Positions 1 through 11,760 are shown, numbered from the stretch's first letter. The stretch: 64,000 bases of DNA from an uncultured Planctomycetota bacterium (GCA_963719315.1 CAVRBU010000002.1:1280001-1344000); one strand, 5' to 3'. Notes: generated from the letters alone by a model not told the origin. A program made the numbers and translations.

Positions 1-1136
1 AAAATCATAGGTTGAAGCAAATGAGTGCCGTGCTCCGTTTCAACTTCGAACATTTCCGAGGCACGACCCTCGATGCTTTCAATCAGTGGCAAATTACTGC
101 CGCAATTACAGTGTTCAGCCGCCATCGTGACGATGTCGCCGATTTCATAGCGAATCAGCGGCTGCGCGTAATTGGCCAAATTCGTGACCAGCACCTTGGC
201 CCCTTTTTGGCCGGCGGGAACTGGTCGATTCTGTTCATCCACAACTTCCATTATGGCCCAGTCGGCGTTGACGTGCATCCCGCCACCGTTCGGGCAGCAA
301 TTGGTAAGAAATAAGCATTCGCCCATCGCGTAATTGTCGAGCACCGGCGCGCCGAACAACTTCGTGTAATGATTGCGGGCCTGCGGCATGATCCGTTCCG
401 CGATGTTGACGACTTCTTGCAGCTCGGGCTGGAACGACAATCGCCCCGCTTCGATTTGACGCGCGAGTTCATGCAACATGCTTGAATAAGCCGTCAGGTG
501 CGTCGGCCTGAATTCAGCGAGCCGCTCCAACAAATCTGCATCATTCCAACAATACACTTTTGCGTTCAAATAGCGCTTCGCGGCCTGAGGCAGGTAGCTA
601 AACGCGCTCGCCGATGCATAAAATCCCGGCTTGAATATGATCACGGCCAGTCGCGCGGGCCGCAAAATATGTCTAAACGCTTCGCGCAATCCGATCGGCT
701 TGTTATTGCCGCGAGATAAATGGAGCGCGAACAGCAGGTCGATATGTTCCTTTGTCTGCACGAGGAGCAGGGGCTGCCCTTGGCTTCCAGAAGTGCGGCT
801 TACCGCATATTTGCCGCGGAAGAATTTTCCAACGTTGGACACGTCCTCCATAAAGCTGGCGAGCTCGTCGCGCCGCACGTCGTCGACGGTCACGGCCTCG
901 TCGAAGTGTTCCATCAATTCCGACTTATGGCACGTCGGCAGATCGCTCAATGCAAACGAGTTTTCCCGAATCCCTGAGAGCTTGTCGCGCCAGAACTCAG
1001 AATGCGTTCGGGCATGCGCAATGAGTTGTTCCAATCGCTTGCGACTGAGTCGTTGGATCTGTTCGATTGGCTTACTTGCGCCAAGCTTGAGCTGATACGT
1101 CTGCCTGCTAAACCTTATCGTTTCGCGGAAGCCCAT
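1..1136 (-). CDS. Phenylacetate-CoA ligase (PaaK)-family adenylate-forming protein, 3' end outside window
   Basis: Not in the ORF track because it runs off the window. Manual minus-strand translation from ATG 1136 (AGGGAGG RBS upstream) gives MGFRETIRF...SRTSGSQGQP (AMP-binding loop)...VLDNYAMGE...GMHVNADWAIMEVVD...VLVTNLANYAQPLIRYEIGD...CNCGSNLPLIESIEGR. Confidence 0.85.
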   Translation of the reverse strand, partial: MGFRETIRFSRQTYQLKLGASKPIEQIQRLSRKRLEQLIAHARTHSEFWRDKLSGIRENSFALSDLPTCHKSELMEHFDEAVTVDDVRRDELASFMEDVSNVGKFFRGKYAVSRTSGSQGQPLLLVQTKEHIDLLFALHLSRGNNKPIGLREAFRHILRPARLAVIIFKPGFYASASAFSYLPQAAKRYLNAKVYCWNDADLLERLAEFRPTHLTAYSSMLHELARQIEAGRLSFQPELQEVVNIAERIMPQARNHYTKLFGAPVLDNYAMGECLFLTNCCPNGGGMHVNADWAIMEVVDEQNRPVPAGQKGAKVLVTNLANYAQPLIRYEIGDIVTMAAEHCNCGSNLPLIESIEGRASEMFEVETEHGTHLLQPMI

Positions 1137-1710
1137 AGATGTCCCTCCCTTGTGCCTAGAACGCCTCATCCAAGCGGCTTATTGGGAATAACGCATCCAC
1201 AGAGCATTTATCGTACCGCAACCCGGACGAAAATCAAGAGATTTCAAATGAACGCCGCAATCGACTTTGCCGCACGCGTGTGCTGGAAAAACCCGACACG
1301 GGACCGTATTTCGGTCGGAGCGAACCCCCTCGAATGCGGTGTCCGCCGCCGGTGCGGTCGAGGTTTGCGAAGCATCTGCGACGAGCGGGCTCCTGCATTT
1401 GCTCGCAATAATCAGGCCAAAGCCGGCCCCGAAAATCTAATGCCGCTGCGAGAATTCAGAGCGTTGCGAGTGCCTGAGCGGTTGTGAGTCACGATGGCAG
1501 AACGATACGCACCCATTAATCACCGGTCTCGCTGAATTACGTGAATCGATAGCAACCGCCGCGCCCTCACTGTGATGTCGCCACGACGGTTCTTTCACCG
1601 TTCATCAGCCGCAACGGCACGCGCAGCACACAAAGCTCCATTCGTCCTGGGCGGCGGAATCGGTTTTCCCTCAGCATTCGGCGAAGGTCATTCAGTACTT
1701 CCTTGAAGGC

Positions 1711-3495
1711 TTAGCGATCGGCTCGTTCTCTGATTACGTCGTGGCTCAGTAGCCGCAGCAGGCCGCGCCGCCGGACGACGCCGACATAATGATGCGGCGG
1801 CTCCGTGGTGACAACGGGAATGCAGTCATCTCGGCCGTCTTTGAGCAAGCGCCACGCTTCGTCCACCGTATCATCTTGCTTGAGCACTTTCTTGGCCGGC
1901 ACGGCCAAGTCCTCCGCGGTCACGAGCGTATACAGCGCCGGTTCGAAGATGACATCGCGCACGTCGGGATAACGTAAGACGCCAATCAATAGATTGGCGT
2001 CCGTGACGACCGGGTACGTGTTGTCGTGGCTGTGCTCGATGTGGACCAGAACCTGGTCGAACGGGGTATTAGCCAAGAGTGGCTTGACGTTTCGGCTCGT
2101 TACTCGGTTGACATCCAACTGATCGGCGGAGTTGCCATTCAATGGGTTGATTCCGAATGACTGCAAGATTCTGAACTTCATGCTGCGGAATTGCTCGACT
2201 GGCGAACTGGCAGAGTGAAAGATTGCCGTGGCCACTGGAACTTCTCCCGCCCGGAGGACTGCGGTTCGAACCAGGATCGGCCCCACAATTTCGAAGAATA
2301 CCACGGTGCCCAAGATGATGTGCTGCAACTGCTCGCCGAGGGCTTTGTCGCGATCCGCGGCAATGGCTGAAAGCGCGATGGCAGCCCCGGCTTGGGAAAG
2401 CAATGCCGACCCCAACCAGCGCTTGACGTGCGGACCATCGCGATGGGCGTCGGCCGTAAAATAAACGCCGAAATACTTTCCGGCGCAGCGCACCGCAATG
2501 TACGCCACGCCTACCGCGCCGGCGGCCCACAGCTTGCCGAGATCCATGGCCGCCCCGTGGATGACAAAGAACACCACACATAACAGACCCGTGAGTCGAT
2601 CCAGCGTCTCGCAAATTTCGTCGGCCAAATCGGACGTCGAAGCCACCGTGATTCCCATTATCAAGAAAGTCAGCAGGTACGGAACGTGTAGTAACTCGCA
2701 CGCGGCCATCAGGGGAGCAATCACTGCCGTCAATAAGACGAGCCATCTCGTGGCTGGCACGATTCCGCAGAAGAAGCTGACCGCCAGGCCGGCCAACAAT
2801 CCGAGCATACTTGCCGCAATAAGATTTCGCGTCAAATCGAGGTACTCCGCGCCGATGGAGCCGATGGAAGCGTCCCCGCCGCGCGTCGCGTGAATGACGA
2901 CAAACAACAATTCGAATACAACGATCGATGCCAAGTTGTTCAGCGCCACTAAGCCGGTCGTGAACTCGGTAAGCGGACCTTCGCTGCGGCTTTCCTTTAA
3001 TACCAGTACGGTGGTCGCGGGGGCCGTTGCCAAGGCCAACGCTCCGAACAGCACGGCCGTCTGCCAGTTCAACCCCGTATCGCCCCACAACGCACCAAGA
3101 AGCCACAGACCGCCAGTTACCAACACCATCGTAGTGATCAATTCCCCCAGCGAGATCGGCAGCAAACGTTTGACGATCCGCCGAAAGCTCGATATCGGCA
3201 AGCGACAACCGATGTTGAACAACACCAGGGCAATCGCGAACTTGCCGACCGGTTCGAGAAGTGCCAAGTGTTCTTCAGAGAGGTGGTTGCCGGCGAGCGA
3301 GATCGAATAGCCGAATTGCCCGGCGGCCCTCTCGATTAGCTTCAATAGCGGCGTGTGTGGACCCATGGCGAGACCCACGAGGAGGTACGCCGTCACGCTC
3401 GGCAGATGCAGCAGCCGCGCCAACTGCCCGGCGAGCAAGGCAGCCCCCAAAAGCATTCCAACGGTCAGGGCAAGATACCAATCGGGTTGATCCAA
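1711..3495 (-). CDS. Cation:proton antiporter (CPA/Kef-type) with C-terminal CBS domain pair
   Basis: Many hydrophobic helices with motifs LPSVTAYLLVG, ALATAPATT and LLSQAGAAIAL. C-terminal YPVV...LIGVL and IPVV...YVGVV are CBS-like. Confidence 0.85.
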   Translation of the reverse strand: MDQPDWYLALTVGMLLGAALLAGQLARLLHLPSVTAYLLVGLAMGPHTPLLKLIERAAGQFGYSISLAGNHLSEEHLALLEPVGKFAIALVLFNIGCRLPISSFRRIVKRLLPISLGELITTMVLVTGGLWLLGALWGDTGLNWQTAVLFGALALATAPATTVLVLKESRSEGPLTEFTTGLVALNNLASIVVFELLFVVIHATRGGDASIGSIGAEYLDLTRNLIAASMLGLLAGLAVSFFCGIVPATRWLVLLTAVIAPLMAACELLHVPYLLTFLIMGITVASTSDLADEICETLDRLTGLLCVVFFVIHGAAMDLGKLWAAGAVGVAYIAVRCAGKYFGVYFTADAHRDGPHVKRWLGSALLSQAGAAIALSAIAADRDKALGEQLQHIILGTVVFFEIVGPILVRTAVLRAGEVPVATAIFHSASSPVEQFRSMKFRILQSFGINPLNGNSADQLDVNRVTSRNVKPLLANTPFDQVLVHIEHSHDNTYPVVTDANLLIGVLRYPDVRDVIFEPALYTLVTAEDLAVPAKKVLKQDDTVDEAWRLLKDGRDDCIPVVTTEPPHHYVGVVRRRGLLRLLSHDVIRERADR

Positions 3496-4225
3496 AATGG
3501 CGACCGTCCTAGCGCGGGTTACAAAGGGGAAGAGCGGTCCTACGAAACTCGAATTCGAGCCTGCGGGGCAGTCTATCCTAGATATCGCTCGAACACACCC
3601 AGACTTCTGCTACCGCTGCCAGTTTGCTCGTTTGAGCTCCATGCTGACAATCGCTTCGATCGGCTTTCGCGCCTGATCCGCCAACCCCAATTAGCCCAGC
3701 CATCCGCTGGGCCACAACTCGGCATGCAGATGAATTGGCGATTTCCTGTAGCCTCGATTCTCACTCGGCCAATTGGTTGTCCCGGCAGAACCAACCAGTG
3801 CGACGCCAGGACCGAGCGGCGAGTATCGACAAGACTCATCAACGCGTCGTAGCATGAACTGACCACTTCGCCCTTCATGCCATGAACAAACAGGCCTAGC
3901 CATTTTGGTTCGGTTACGAACGGAATTCCACCTTGCCCGGTAGTGTCGGAGCCGTTGCCCCGTGAGATACCCAAAGCCAAAGCCTGGCGACACCATCAAG
4001 CTCCGGATTCGACGTTTGATGGCACTTTGATAGGTAACGTGAGTATAGACGCACCGCCGGCCGAAGGATCGTGGGCACGAGGAGTTGCGGCGCCGAGTGC
4101 TGCCAAACGAACGTTTTAGAAACGCGATTTCCGCGATATTCAACGTTTGCAGTAGCTGTCAACGCGACTGCCCGAGCGAACGCTATAATCTAACGATGAT
4201 GCCGGAGGTTCCAAAAGCGCTGCTC

Positions 4226-4804
4226 ATGACTGATGTCACGCGAATCATAGCTGAGATTGAACACGGCGACTCCGGAGCGGCCGAGCGGCTTCTACCACTC
4301 GTGTACAATGAGCTTCGTCAGCTCGCTGCTGCGAAACTGGCACAGGAAAAGCCCGGGCAGACGCTGCAGGCGACCGCCTTGGTACACGACGCCTATTTGC
4401 GGCTGATCGGACCTGTCGACCGTGAGCCACAGCACTGGCAAAGCCGGAGCCATTTCTTCGCAGCGGCGGCTGAGGCGATGCGGCGGATCCTTGTGGAGCA
4501 GGCGCGGCAAAAGGGCCGGCTCCGGCACGGCGGCGGGCGGCAGCGGGTCGATCTTGATTCGGCTTGCGCGGTTTCCGGGCCGCCATCAATCGATTTACTC
4601 GCGCTCGATGAGGCTCTTGCAAAACTGGCGACCAATCAGCCGGCCAAGGCGGACCTGGTGAAATTGCGTTTCTTTGCAGGAATGACGATGCCCGAAGCCG
4701 CGGCGGCATTGGGTATTTCTCTCGCGACTGCCGAGCGAAATTGGACGTTTGCTCGAAACTGGCTGTACGCCCAAATGGCGGAGAGCCGGCTGCACTCACC
4801 TTAA
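4226..4804 (+). CDS. ECF RNA polymerase sigma factor, TIGR02999/kinase-associated (ECF43-like)
   Basis: LLPLVYNELRQLAAAKLAQEKPGQTLQATALVHDAYLRL, HFFAAAAEAMRRILVE and LVKLRFFAG...TAERNWTFARNWL. Alternative start at 4196, 6 nt after TATAAT (4184-4189). Confidence 0.92.
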   Translation: MTDVTRIIAEIEHGDSGAAERLLPLVYNELRQLAAAKLAQEKPGQTLQATALVHDAYLRLIGPVDREPQHWQSRSHFFAAAAEAMRRILVEQARQKGRLRHGGGRQRVDLDSACAVSGPPSIDLLALDEALAKLATNQPAKADLVKLRFFAGMTMPEAAAALGISLATAERNWTFARNWLYAQMAESRLHSP

Positions 4805-4819
4805 GAATCCGAGTTTCTA

Positions 4820-4850
4820 TGAGGGGTTCACAGGCGAAACGTCGCATTAC
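4820..4850 (+). promoter_or_regulatory. Putative ECF-dependent promoter motif, copy 1 (TGAGGGGTTCACAGGCGAAACGTCGCATTAC)
   Basis: 29/31 identical to 8673-8703; lies between the sigma gene and the kinase start. Confidence 0.6.
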
Positions 4851-4868
4851 TAGCAGAGAAAGCCTGCT

Positions 4869-7800
4869 ATGAATAATTCCTTACGCCTCGAATCCCTCTT
4901 TTTCGCCGCGTTGGAGAAACAATCTCCCGCCGAGCGATCGGCCTTTCTGAACGACGCGTGCGCGGAGGACAACGAGTTGCGGGCGAGCGTCGAGCAGATG
5001 TTCGCAGCGCAGGCTGTGGCGGGCAGCTTTCTCGAGCAACCCGCGATTATCGGCGATGGCACCGTTGTCCATCAGCCGGCCATCAGCGATCGTCCGGGCA
5101 CCGTGATCGGCCCTTACAAGCTGCTGCAACAGATCGGTGAAGGGGGTATGGGCGTGGTGTTCATGGCCGAGCAGACGGAGCCGGTTAAGCGCACGGTGGC
5201 GCTCAAGATCATCAAACCCGGCATGGACACCCGCCAAGTCATCGCCCGCTTCGAGGCCGAGCGGCAGGCCGTGGCGATGATGGACCATCCGAATATCGCC
5301 AAGGTGCTCGATGCCGGGACGACCGACAGCGGCCGGCCCTACTTCGTTATGGAGCTGGTTAAGGGCGTGCCGATCACAAAATACTGTGATGATAAACGCC
5401 TTCCGCTCCGCGCGGCTGGAGCTCATCCTGCCGGTCTGCCAAGCGGTACAACACGCCCATCAGAAGGGTCTCATCCATCGAGACATCAAACCCTCAAACG
5501 TTCTTGTGGCCGAGTATGACGACCAGGCCGTACCGAAAGTGATCGATTTTGGTGTTGCGAAGGCCACGGCGCAGAAGCTAACCGACCGAACGATGTTCAC
5601 GGAGTTTGGCCAGGTAATCGGGACGCTAGAGTACATGAGTCCCGAGCAAGCTAAGCTCAATCAGCTCGATATCGATACCCGAAGCGACATCTATTCCCTC
5701 GGCGTCCTACTGTATGAGTTGATCTCTGGTTCAACGCCTTTCGCGCGGAAGCGACTACACGAAGCGGCGCTCGATGAAGTGCTGCGGATCATTCGTGACG
5801 AAGAACCTCCCATGCCGAGCACGCGGCTGAGTACGTCCGGCCATCTGGCAGAGCTTGCGGCCAACCGTCGTTCCGAGCCAAAGAAATTAACCGGACAGGT
5901 TAAGGGAGATCTTGATTGGGTCGTCATGAAGGCCCTGGAGAAGAACCGCAATCGCCGTTACGTAACGGCGGCCGGATTGGCAGAGGACTTGCAGCACTAT
6001 TTGCTGGACGAGCCCGTGTCAGCCAGCCCTCCGACGGCACTCTATCGATTGCGAAAGTTTGCTAAGCGCAATCGCAACTTGCTCGCCGCAGCGTTACTAG
6101 CCGGTGTGGCGGTGCTCGTTGCGCTGGGCGGGATTGCGGTCACCATCGGATGGGCGGTCCGTGACCGCGCTGCCCGCGCGGATGCAACGGCCAGGGACAA
6201 GTCGCATCGGCAGGATCGTGCGTCTACTCAACTCTCAACGATCCTTCGCGAGGTCGAGCGTCTAGAACAATTTGAGAAATGGAACGATGCCTTGACGACT
6301 GCACGGCGCGTAGGGCCCGTGCTCGCCACGGGCGACGCTTCCCCCGTAATGGTGAGCAAGGCGAACGACGCTTTGGCGAACCTGGAATTCGTTCAAAAGC
6401 TTGAAGAAATTCGAGCGCGGACCGCAACTGTCTGGGGACATGAATCAACCTTAGGCTTCGACTCGTCCACCGATGTCTTGTATGCCGAAGCCGAGAAAGA
6501 CTACCGGGAGGCGTTTCGCAAGATTGGAGCCGATGTTGATCGACTAGCGCAAGCGGAGGCCGCCAAGCGAATATTGGGCCGTCGGGAAGTTGCTTCCGCA
6601 ACAGTGCCCGCGATGGATGATTGGGTTGCGGTCCGTTCTACGCTAGGAGATAGCGACGCGACGAAGCGACTGACCGCCATTCTCAGGATTGCCGACCCTG
6701 ACCCGTGGAGGAAGGATGTTCGCGAGGCATTGGTCCGCAAAGATTGGGCTAAACTTGAAAAGCTCGCGGCCTCAGATGGTGTCGATCGACAGCCCGCGTC
6801 GACCTTGTGCGCGTTGTCAGCGGCGCTTCAAGCGGGCACTCATTTTGGGAATAGCGCGAATATCGATCTGCTCCGACGCGCTCAAGCCAAGTATCCGGCC
6901 GATTACTGGATCAATCACCGGTTGGGGGCGTGCCTCGTAAGTGTCTTATACCGTAAGGATCTTACAGCCGAAGGCATCGGCTTTCTTCAAGCAGCCAGGG
7001 CTCTGCGGCCGCAAGAAGAGCGTGTCTTATTAAGTCTTGCTGGCGCCTATGCGCTGCATGGGCGTGACGCCCAGGCCCTTGTGCACTATCGGCAAGCTAT
7101 CGCCCTTGCGCCCAACGATCCAGATGCGAGGTTCATGCTGGGATGCTCTCTTCTTAAGTTAGATCGCTGCAGAGAGTCGATTCCGGAATATGAGGAAGCA
7201 CTTCGTCTGAGTCCGAATGCGATTGACGCAATGAACGAGCTTGCGATCGTTCTGCTTTATGCTTCCGAACCGCAACTTCGCGATCCGTCTCGCGCGATGG
7301 CCCTTGCCCGCCGATCAGTCGAGATTGATCCGAAATACAGCTATTCTTGGACCGCGCTGGCGCGGCTCTATATGTGGATGGGAAATGGCAAGCCACCATC
7401 GACGCGTGTCGCCGCTCACGTGAAGTTCGTCACCTCATAAAATGGGCGGGCTGGCATCCGGCCATTAATGAGCTCCTATTGGCAATGTCTAGTTGCCGAC
7501 TTGAACAGCAAGATGAAGCACGACGCTGGCTGGATGACGCCCGCGACCAGTTCAAAGATTGGCCAGTCAACAGCGAAATCGTCGTCCGCATGTACGCCGA
7601 TGCAGAAATGTTGATTGAAAAGAAAGTCTCTGGCTCGGCTATGAGCCATGCGCAGCACGGACGTTGGGAGTTGGCAGCTTCGGCGTTCCTTCGCGAAGGT
7701 GAGCTCGAACCTTCGGATACCATGCCGTGGCTGCGAGCCGCAAGCCTCCAGCTTTATTTGGGGAATGAGGGGGCTTATCGCGACAGTTGTCGCAAACTCA

Positions 7801-8357
7801 TGCAATTGTATCCCACACACAGAACCGAGGGACTTCAAGCCCGAGAGCCCGATAATGAGGCTTTCACGGCCGAACGGATCGCTAAAGTATGTTCCTTGGC
7901 GCCAGGGGCCGTCGAGGACTTCGCCGTCGTCGAGCAGCTAATCGCTCAACCTAAACCGCTTAAGTCTACTGATGATTGGTTCGCCGAATGGTTCGCATTG
8001 GCTAAAGGCCTCGTCGAGTACCGCGCTGGACATCAAGAGGCAGCGCTCGAATGGCTGAAGCGGTCGAAACCCGCATCACTCGGTGTTGCAGGTGAGCCTT
8101 CCCTATCCGCCCGCTACGCAGCTGCATTTGCAGGGATGGCGCTGGCTGAGCACAAGCTGGGGCATATCGACGATGCGCGGCGTCTTTTGTCAACTGCGCA
8201 GAATTTGGCGAACACCTTGAAGCCAGATTTCGCCGCACATCCGGATGCGAACGGCGACGCTGAATGGGCTTGGTACAACTGGGTTCACGCCCTGATTCTT
8301 ATTCGCGAGGCTGAGCACGAGCTTGCTCTTCCGGCATCCAGCGCAACAGCCCATTGA
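4869..8357 (+). CDS. Hanks-type Ser/Thr protein kinase with TM segment and TPR repeats (two apparent frameshifts, ~5410 and ~7365)
   Basis: [39 protein letters not shown] and SDIYSLG are spread over ORFs 4869..5519, 5311..7440 and 7347..8357, which join into one protein. Confidence 0.9.
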
Positions 8358-8672
8358 TGACGAGGTCATCTTAGCGGCTTGCAAACAGGGCGCTGCCCTC
8401 ACATCGGATTGTTGCATCGATTGTCGGCGCGATTTACATCCTTCATCAATGCGCTGAGTTCGCTCTAGTAGGCATGCGGCTAACGTGAGTCTTTGGCTCC
8501 GTGCCCGCTCCGCTAGGTCCAACGAAACTCACTTCTTTCGCAGACGTGCGGATGTCAGAGGCAGCGCCCGCGGTGGCATTAGCGGGCTGAGTTGCACTTA
8601 ACGCACGATGGCACACTCCTAATCGCCCGAAATTGCTTACTATGGCCAAACTAATCGTAATCTCAATTTATC

Positions 8673-8703
8673 TGAGGGGTTCTCAGGCCAAACGTCGCAT
8701 TAC
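8673..8703 (+). promoter_or_regulatory. Putative ECF-dependent promoter motif, copy 2
   Basis: TGAGGGGTTCTCAGGCCAAACGTCGCATTAC, ~80 bp upstream of the PEP-CTERM gene run. Confidence 0.6.
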
Positions 8704-8785
8704 CTATAGCGAATATCTGCCCTGAACACCCAACGCCATATGGCTGTTGTCGACCAACCCCAACGCTTCCCGGGCGAGAACTCAT

Positions 8786-9973
8786 ATGAAATTCCAATTT
8801 GGTGAACGAATCGTTACAGCGCGGGTTTCACGCGCACGGTCGCTGATCTTCCGTTTCGTGTCCGTGCTTTGTTTGACCGTTTCGCTCGCGCGGGCAGACA
8901 TCCTTTACGTCGGCAGCGAGAGTGTCGGCCGCGACGTAAATAGGGTTAACTCTGCAGGTACGGTAAGTGTCTTTGCAAATCTGCCGGCGGGAGCGTTTTA
9001 TCCTCAAGGAGTGGCGTTTGATGTTGGCGGCAATTTATTTGCAGCGGTCGATAACACCGACCAGATATTCAAGATTTCACCCTCCGGCACGGTGAGTCTG
9101 TTTAAGACGCTGCCCAGCGGTTCGTTTCCTCTCGGTCTGGCTTTTGATGGCACCGGCGACCTCTATGTGGCGAACAATGGTGCCGACCAGATCAACAAGA
9201 TTACACCCGCCGGCACGTTAAGCCTGTTTGCGACTCTGCCAGTTGGATCAGGCTCTGAAGGACTCGCCTTTGACAGCAACGGAAACCTCTATACAGCGGA
9301 CGGTAATACCGATCAGATCCGCAAGATCACGCCGTCTGGCACGGTAAGTCTCTTTGCAACGTTGCCAGCCGGTTCTGGCCCCCTCGGTCTGGCATTTGAT
9401 GGCATCGGCAATCTCTACGCGGCAGATTTGATCACCGACCAGATCAGCAAAATCACTCCGGGCGGCGCAGTGAGCCTGTTTGCCACATTGCCGCTCAATT
9501 CGCAGCCAATTGGTCTGGCCTTTGATACCAGCGGCAACCTCTGCTCGGCAGGTGTGTCCGGCCAGATGTACAAGATCACGTCCTCCGGCGCAGTGAGTCC
9601 GTTCACGAGCGCCGCCAATACTTTGACGTACATTGCCGCGACCGACGATGCAGGCCATCCGCTCGCTGTGCCGCCAGCTACCCTTCTCGGTGACTACAAC
9701 CGCAACGGGGTCGTCGACGCCGCCGACTACGTTGTGTGGCGCGATAGCTTGGGACCAGTTTACAACCAGGTCGATTATCAAATCTGGAGATCCCACTTTG
9801 GCGAAACGCGCACGGCCGGCTTGGTCTCCGGCAGTATCAATGCCGTTCCCGAGCCGGGGACGATGGCGCTATTCCTGATGGCTTTTGCGATCGCCGGCGC
9901 GATTAAACATCGCACCAAATTATTTCGTAGGGTCCTAGCCCTGCGTCAATCAACTTATTTTGTCAGTGAGTGA
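8786..9973 (+). CDS. NHL-repeat/beta-propeller PEP-CTERM protein with dockerin-like GDYN..DAADY module
   Basis: Signal peptide; repeated PLGLAFDxxGNLY..DQIxKITPxG units; GDYNRNGVVDAADYVVWRD; VPEP followed by TM and basic tail. Confidence 0.85.
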   Translation: MKFQFGERIVTARVSRARSLIFRFVSVLCLTVSLARADILYVGSESVGRDVNRVNSAGTVSVFANLPAGAFYPQGVAFDVGGNLFAAVDNTDQIFKISPSGTVSLFKTLPSGSFPLGLAFDGTGDLYVANNGADQINKITPAGTLSLFATLPVGSGSEGLAFDSNGNLYTADGNTDQIRKITPSGTVSLFATLPAGSGPLGLAFDGIGNLYAADLITDQISKITPGGAVSLFATLPLNSQPIGLAFDTSGNLCSAGVSGQMYKITSSGAVSPFTSAANTLTYIAATDDAGHPLAVPPATLLGDYNRNGVVDAADYVVWRDSLGPVYNQVDYQIWRSHFGETRTAGLVSGSINAVPEPGTMALFLMAFAIAGAIKHRTKLFRRVLALRQSTYFVSE

Positions 9974-9976
9974 GTA

Positions 9977-11722
9977 ATGAGTTTTCGCCTAAATGCGATC
10001 ATAGTCGCTACCGTTGCGGTTGTTGCTCTGGCAGGCATTTGCGAGGCCCAGCCGATCGTATTCAACTTTGACGACATCGCCAATACGGGCAGCGGTTCGT
10101 TCTTGGGCGGACAACTATTTGGCTCGCCCGTCATTGTCGAAGGGGCGTCGGAGGTGGCGTTTTCCGGACAGAGCATCCAACGCGCGACCGGCATCTTTAT
10201 CGGCAATGCCAGCAGCGCAACTCTGCTGAACCAGGATCCGGCCAGCCAGCCTACCCGGCAGGTCCTTGAGGTCAGTCCCAGCCTCGGTGCCATTGCTGTC
10301 GACTTCACCGGCGCATTGTACAAGACCTCGGTGGCCGCGACCAATCAGGCGCGCACGACATTTCCCGATTACTTCAACCGCGGAATCAATGCAGCGATCG
10401 ATAGCAGCGGGAACGTGGTGTATGTCAACAACCAGAATATCCAGTCGATCATCGGCGTTCCGCCAGGCGGACCCCCAGTGACCGTCGCCGCCCCGTTTTT
10501 CGAAGAGGTTCCGACAAACGGTTACATCGGCCCGAAGATCGCCGAAAAGGGCAACCAGGTGTTTGGGCCGAGCATGATTTTCAGCGAGAGTTTTGCCTCC
10601 CTTTTTAGCTTTTCTGACGCGATGACACTCGATAATCCTCTCACCATTCCGGGCAATTACAAATTGGTCAATCTTCAAATAGGCGACTTGGCCCTGGCAC
10701 AGCCTCCCACCACCTATTTGACGGATATTAGCGGTTCGGGGCAGTTCGTGACGCGCACGTTCGTGCCCGACTCATTCATTAACGGCCATAACTCGCCGAA
10801 CGGGCAGATTGTGGTGACCACGGCGCAGGACTGGATCGTGGTGCTGCCAGAAACGCCGCTGCCGAGCAAGACATTATTCATGCTAGCCAACTCAAACAAC
10901 GGCCAGTCACCGATCGCGCCGGCAGTTGCGATCGCCAAGGGCAGCACCGCCTATGCGTTTTCAGCGGGGTCCAGCATCTATGAGGGCTACGTCGATGGTC
11001 CGGCGCCAAAGAGGGTCGTAACCATTGGAGACATAATACACGGCAAAGTGATCACCAGTATTCAAGTCGCCGAGAAGAATTTTATTGGCGATCAAGGCTA
11101 TGTCGCCTTCAAGGCCGGGTTTTCTGATGGGACCTCGGCGATCTTAGGGGCCACGCCAACACCAGGGACGCTTCCATTCAACCCGCTCAAATCGAGTGCG
11201 AACTGCCTCTCATGTATTTTTACCGCGCCGACCGACCAAGAGGACGGATTTGGCATGGACATCGAAAAACCACTTTACATCAAAATCAACCCGCACGGTC
11301 CGATGGCTATCACCGTGCCCGACGGCCAGCTCTTCACGAGCCTTCTGTTGGCGAACTTCACGACCGACGATCACGGCCAAACTCCGAAATCCTTCATGCT
11401 TCATCTCGGCGCCTTTTCCACCAAGATTTTCGCTAACGAGACAATCATGTTGAATTCATCTCTGTTTGGCGGCAATTCCGACTCCTCCTTTCCGTTCAAT
11501 GAGTTCGGAGTGCAAAGCTTTCTGCTTGACGATTTCACGGGGTTCCCCGACGATAATGTGATCCTTGGGCTGACCTTCTACTCGTCACCCGAGGGGCTGG
11601 ACATTCTGGTTCAGAACGTGCCAGAGCCGGCGTGCCCGATGCTACTAATGTGGGGAACATTATGCGTATTTCGTCGGCGCTGCCGAAACGCCAGGCACGT
11701 CTCAAAACGCACGAACGGGTGA
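9977..11722 (+). CDS. PEP-CTERM surface protein, unknown function
   Basis: Signal peptide; C-terminal VPEPACPMLLMWGTLCVFRRR. Confidence 0.8.
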   Translation: MSFRLNAIIVATVAVVALAGICEAQPIVFNFDDIANTGSGSFLGGQLFGSPVIVEGASEVAFSGQSIQRATGIFIGNASSATLLNQDPASQPTRQVLEVSPSLGAIAVDFTGALYKTSVAATNQARTTFPDYFNRGINAAIDSSGNVVYVNNQNIQSIIGVPPGGPPVTVAAPFFEEVPTNGYIGPKIAEKGNQVFGPSMIFSESFASLFSFSDAMTLDNPLTIPGNYKLVNLQIGDLALAQPPTTYLTDISGSGQFVTRTFVPDSFINGHNSPNGQIVVTTAQDWIVVLPETPLPSKTLFMLANSNNGQSPIAPAVAIAKGSTAYAFSAGSSIYEGYVDGPAPKRVVTIGDIIHGKVITSIQVAEKNFIGDQGYVAFKAGFSDGTSAILGATPTPGTLPFNPLKSSANCLSCIFTAPTDQEDGFGMDIEKPLYIKINPHGPMAITVPDGQLFTSLLLANFTTDDHGQTPKSFMLHLGAFSTKIFANETIMLNSSLFGGNSDSSFPFNEFGVQSFLLDDFTGFPDDNVILGLTFYSSPEGLDILVQNVPEPACPMLLMWGTLCVFRRRCRNARHVSKRTNG

Positions 11723-11760
11723 CACTAACAACGAACCAACATTTCTTGAAAGAAACGCTA

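Noticed and set aside
1137..1710. ORF 1002..1487 or a hidden RNA in the 570-bp gap
   Set aside because: The ORF overlaps the PaaK-like gene antisense and has no motifs; no recognisable RNA structure.
3355..4162. ORFs between the antiporter and the ECF sigma; ACTCATCAACGCGT near 3834 resembling the PEP-CTERM trailer
   Set aside because: No recognisable protein motifs; the trailer similarity is too short to support a call.
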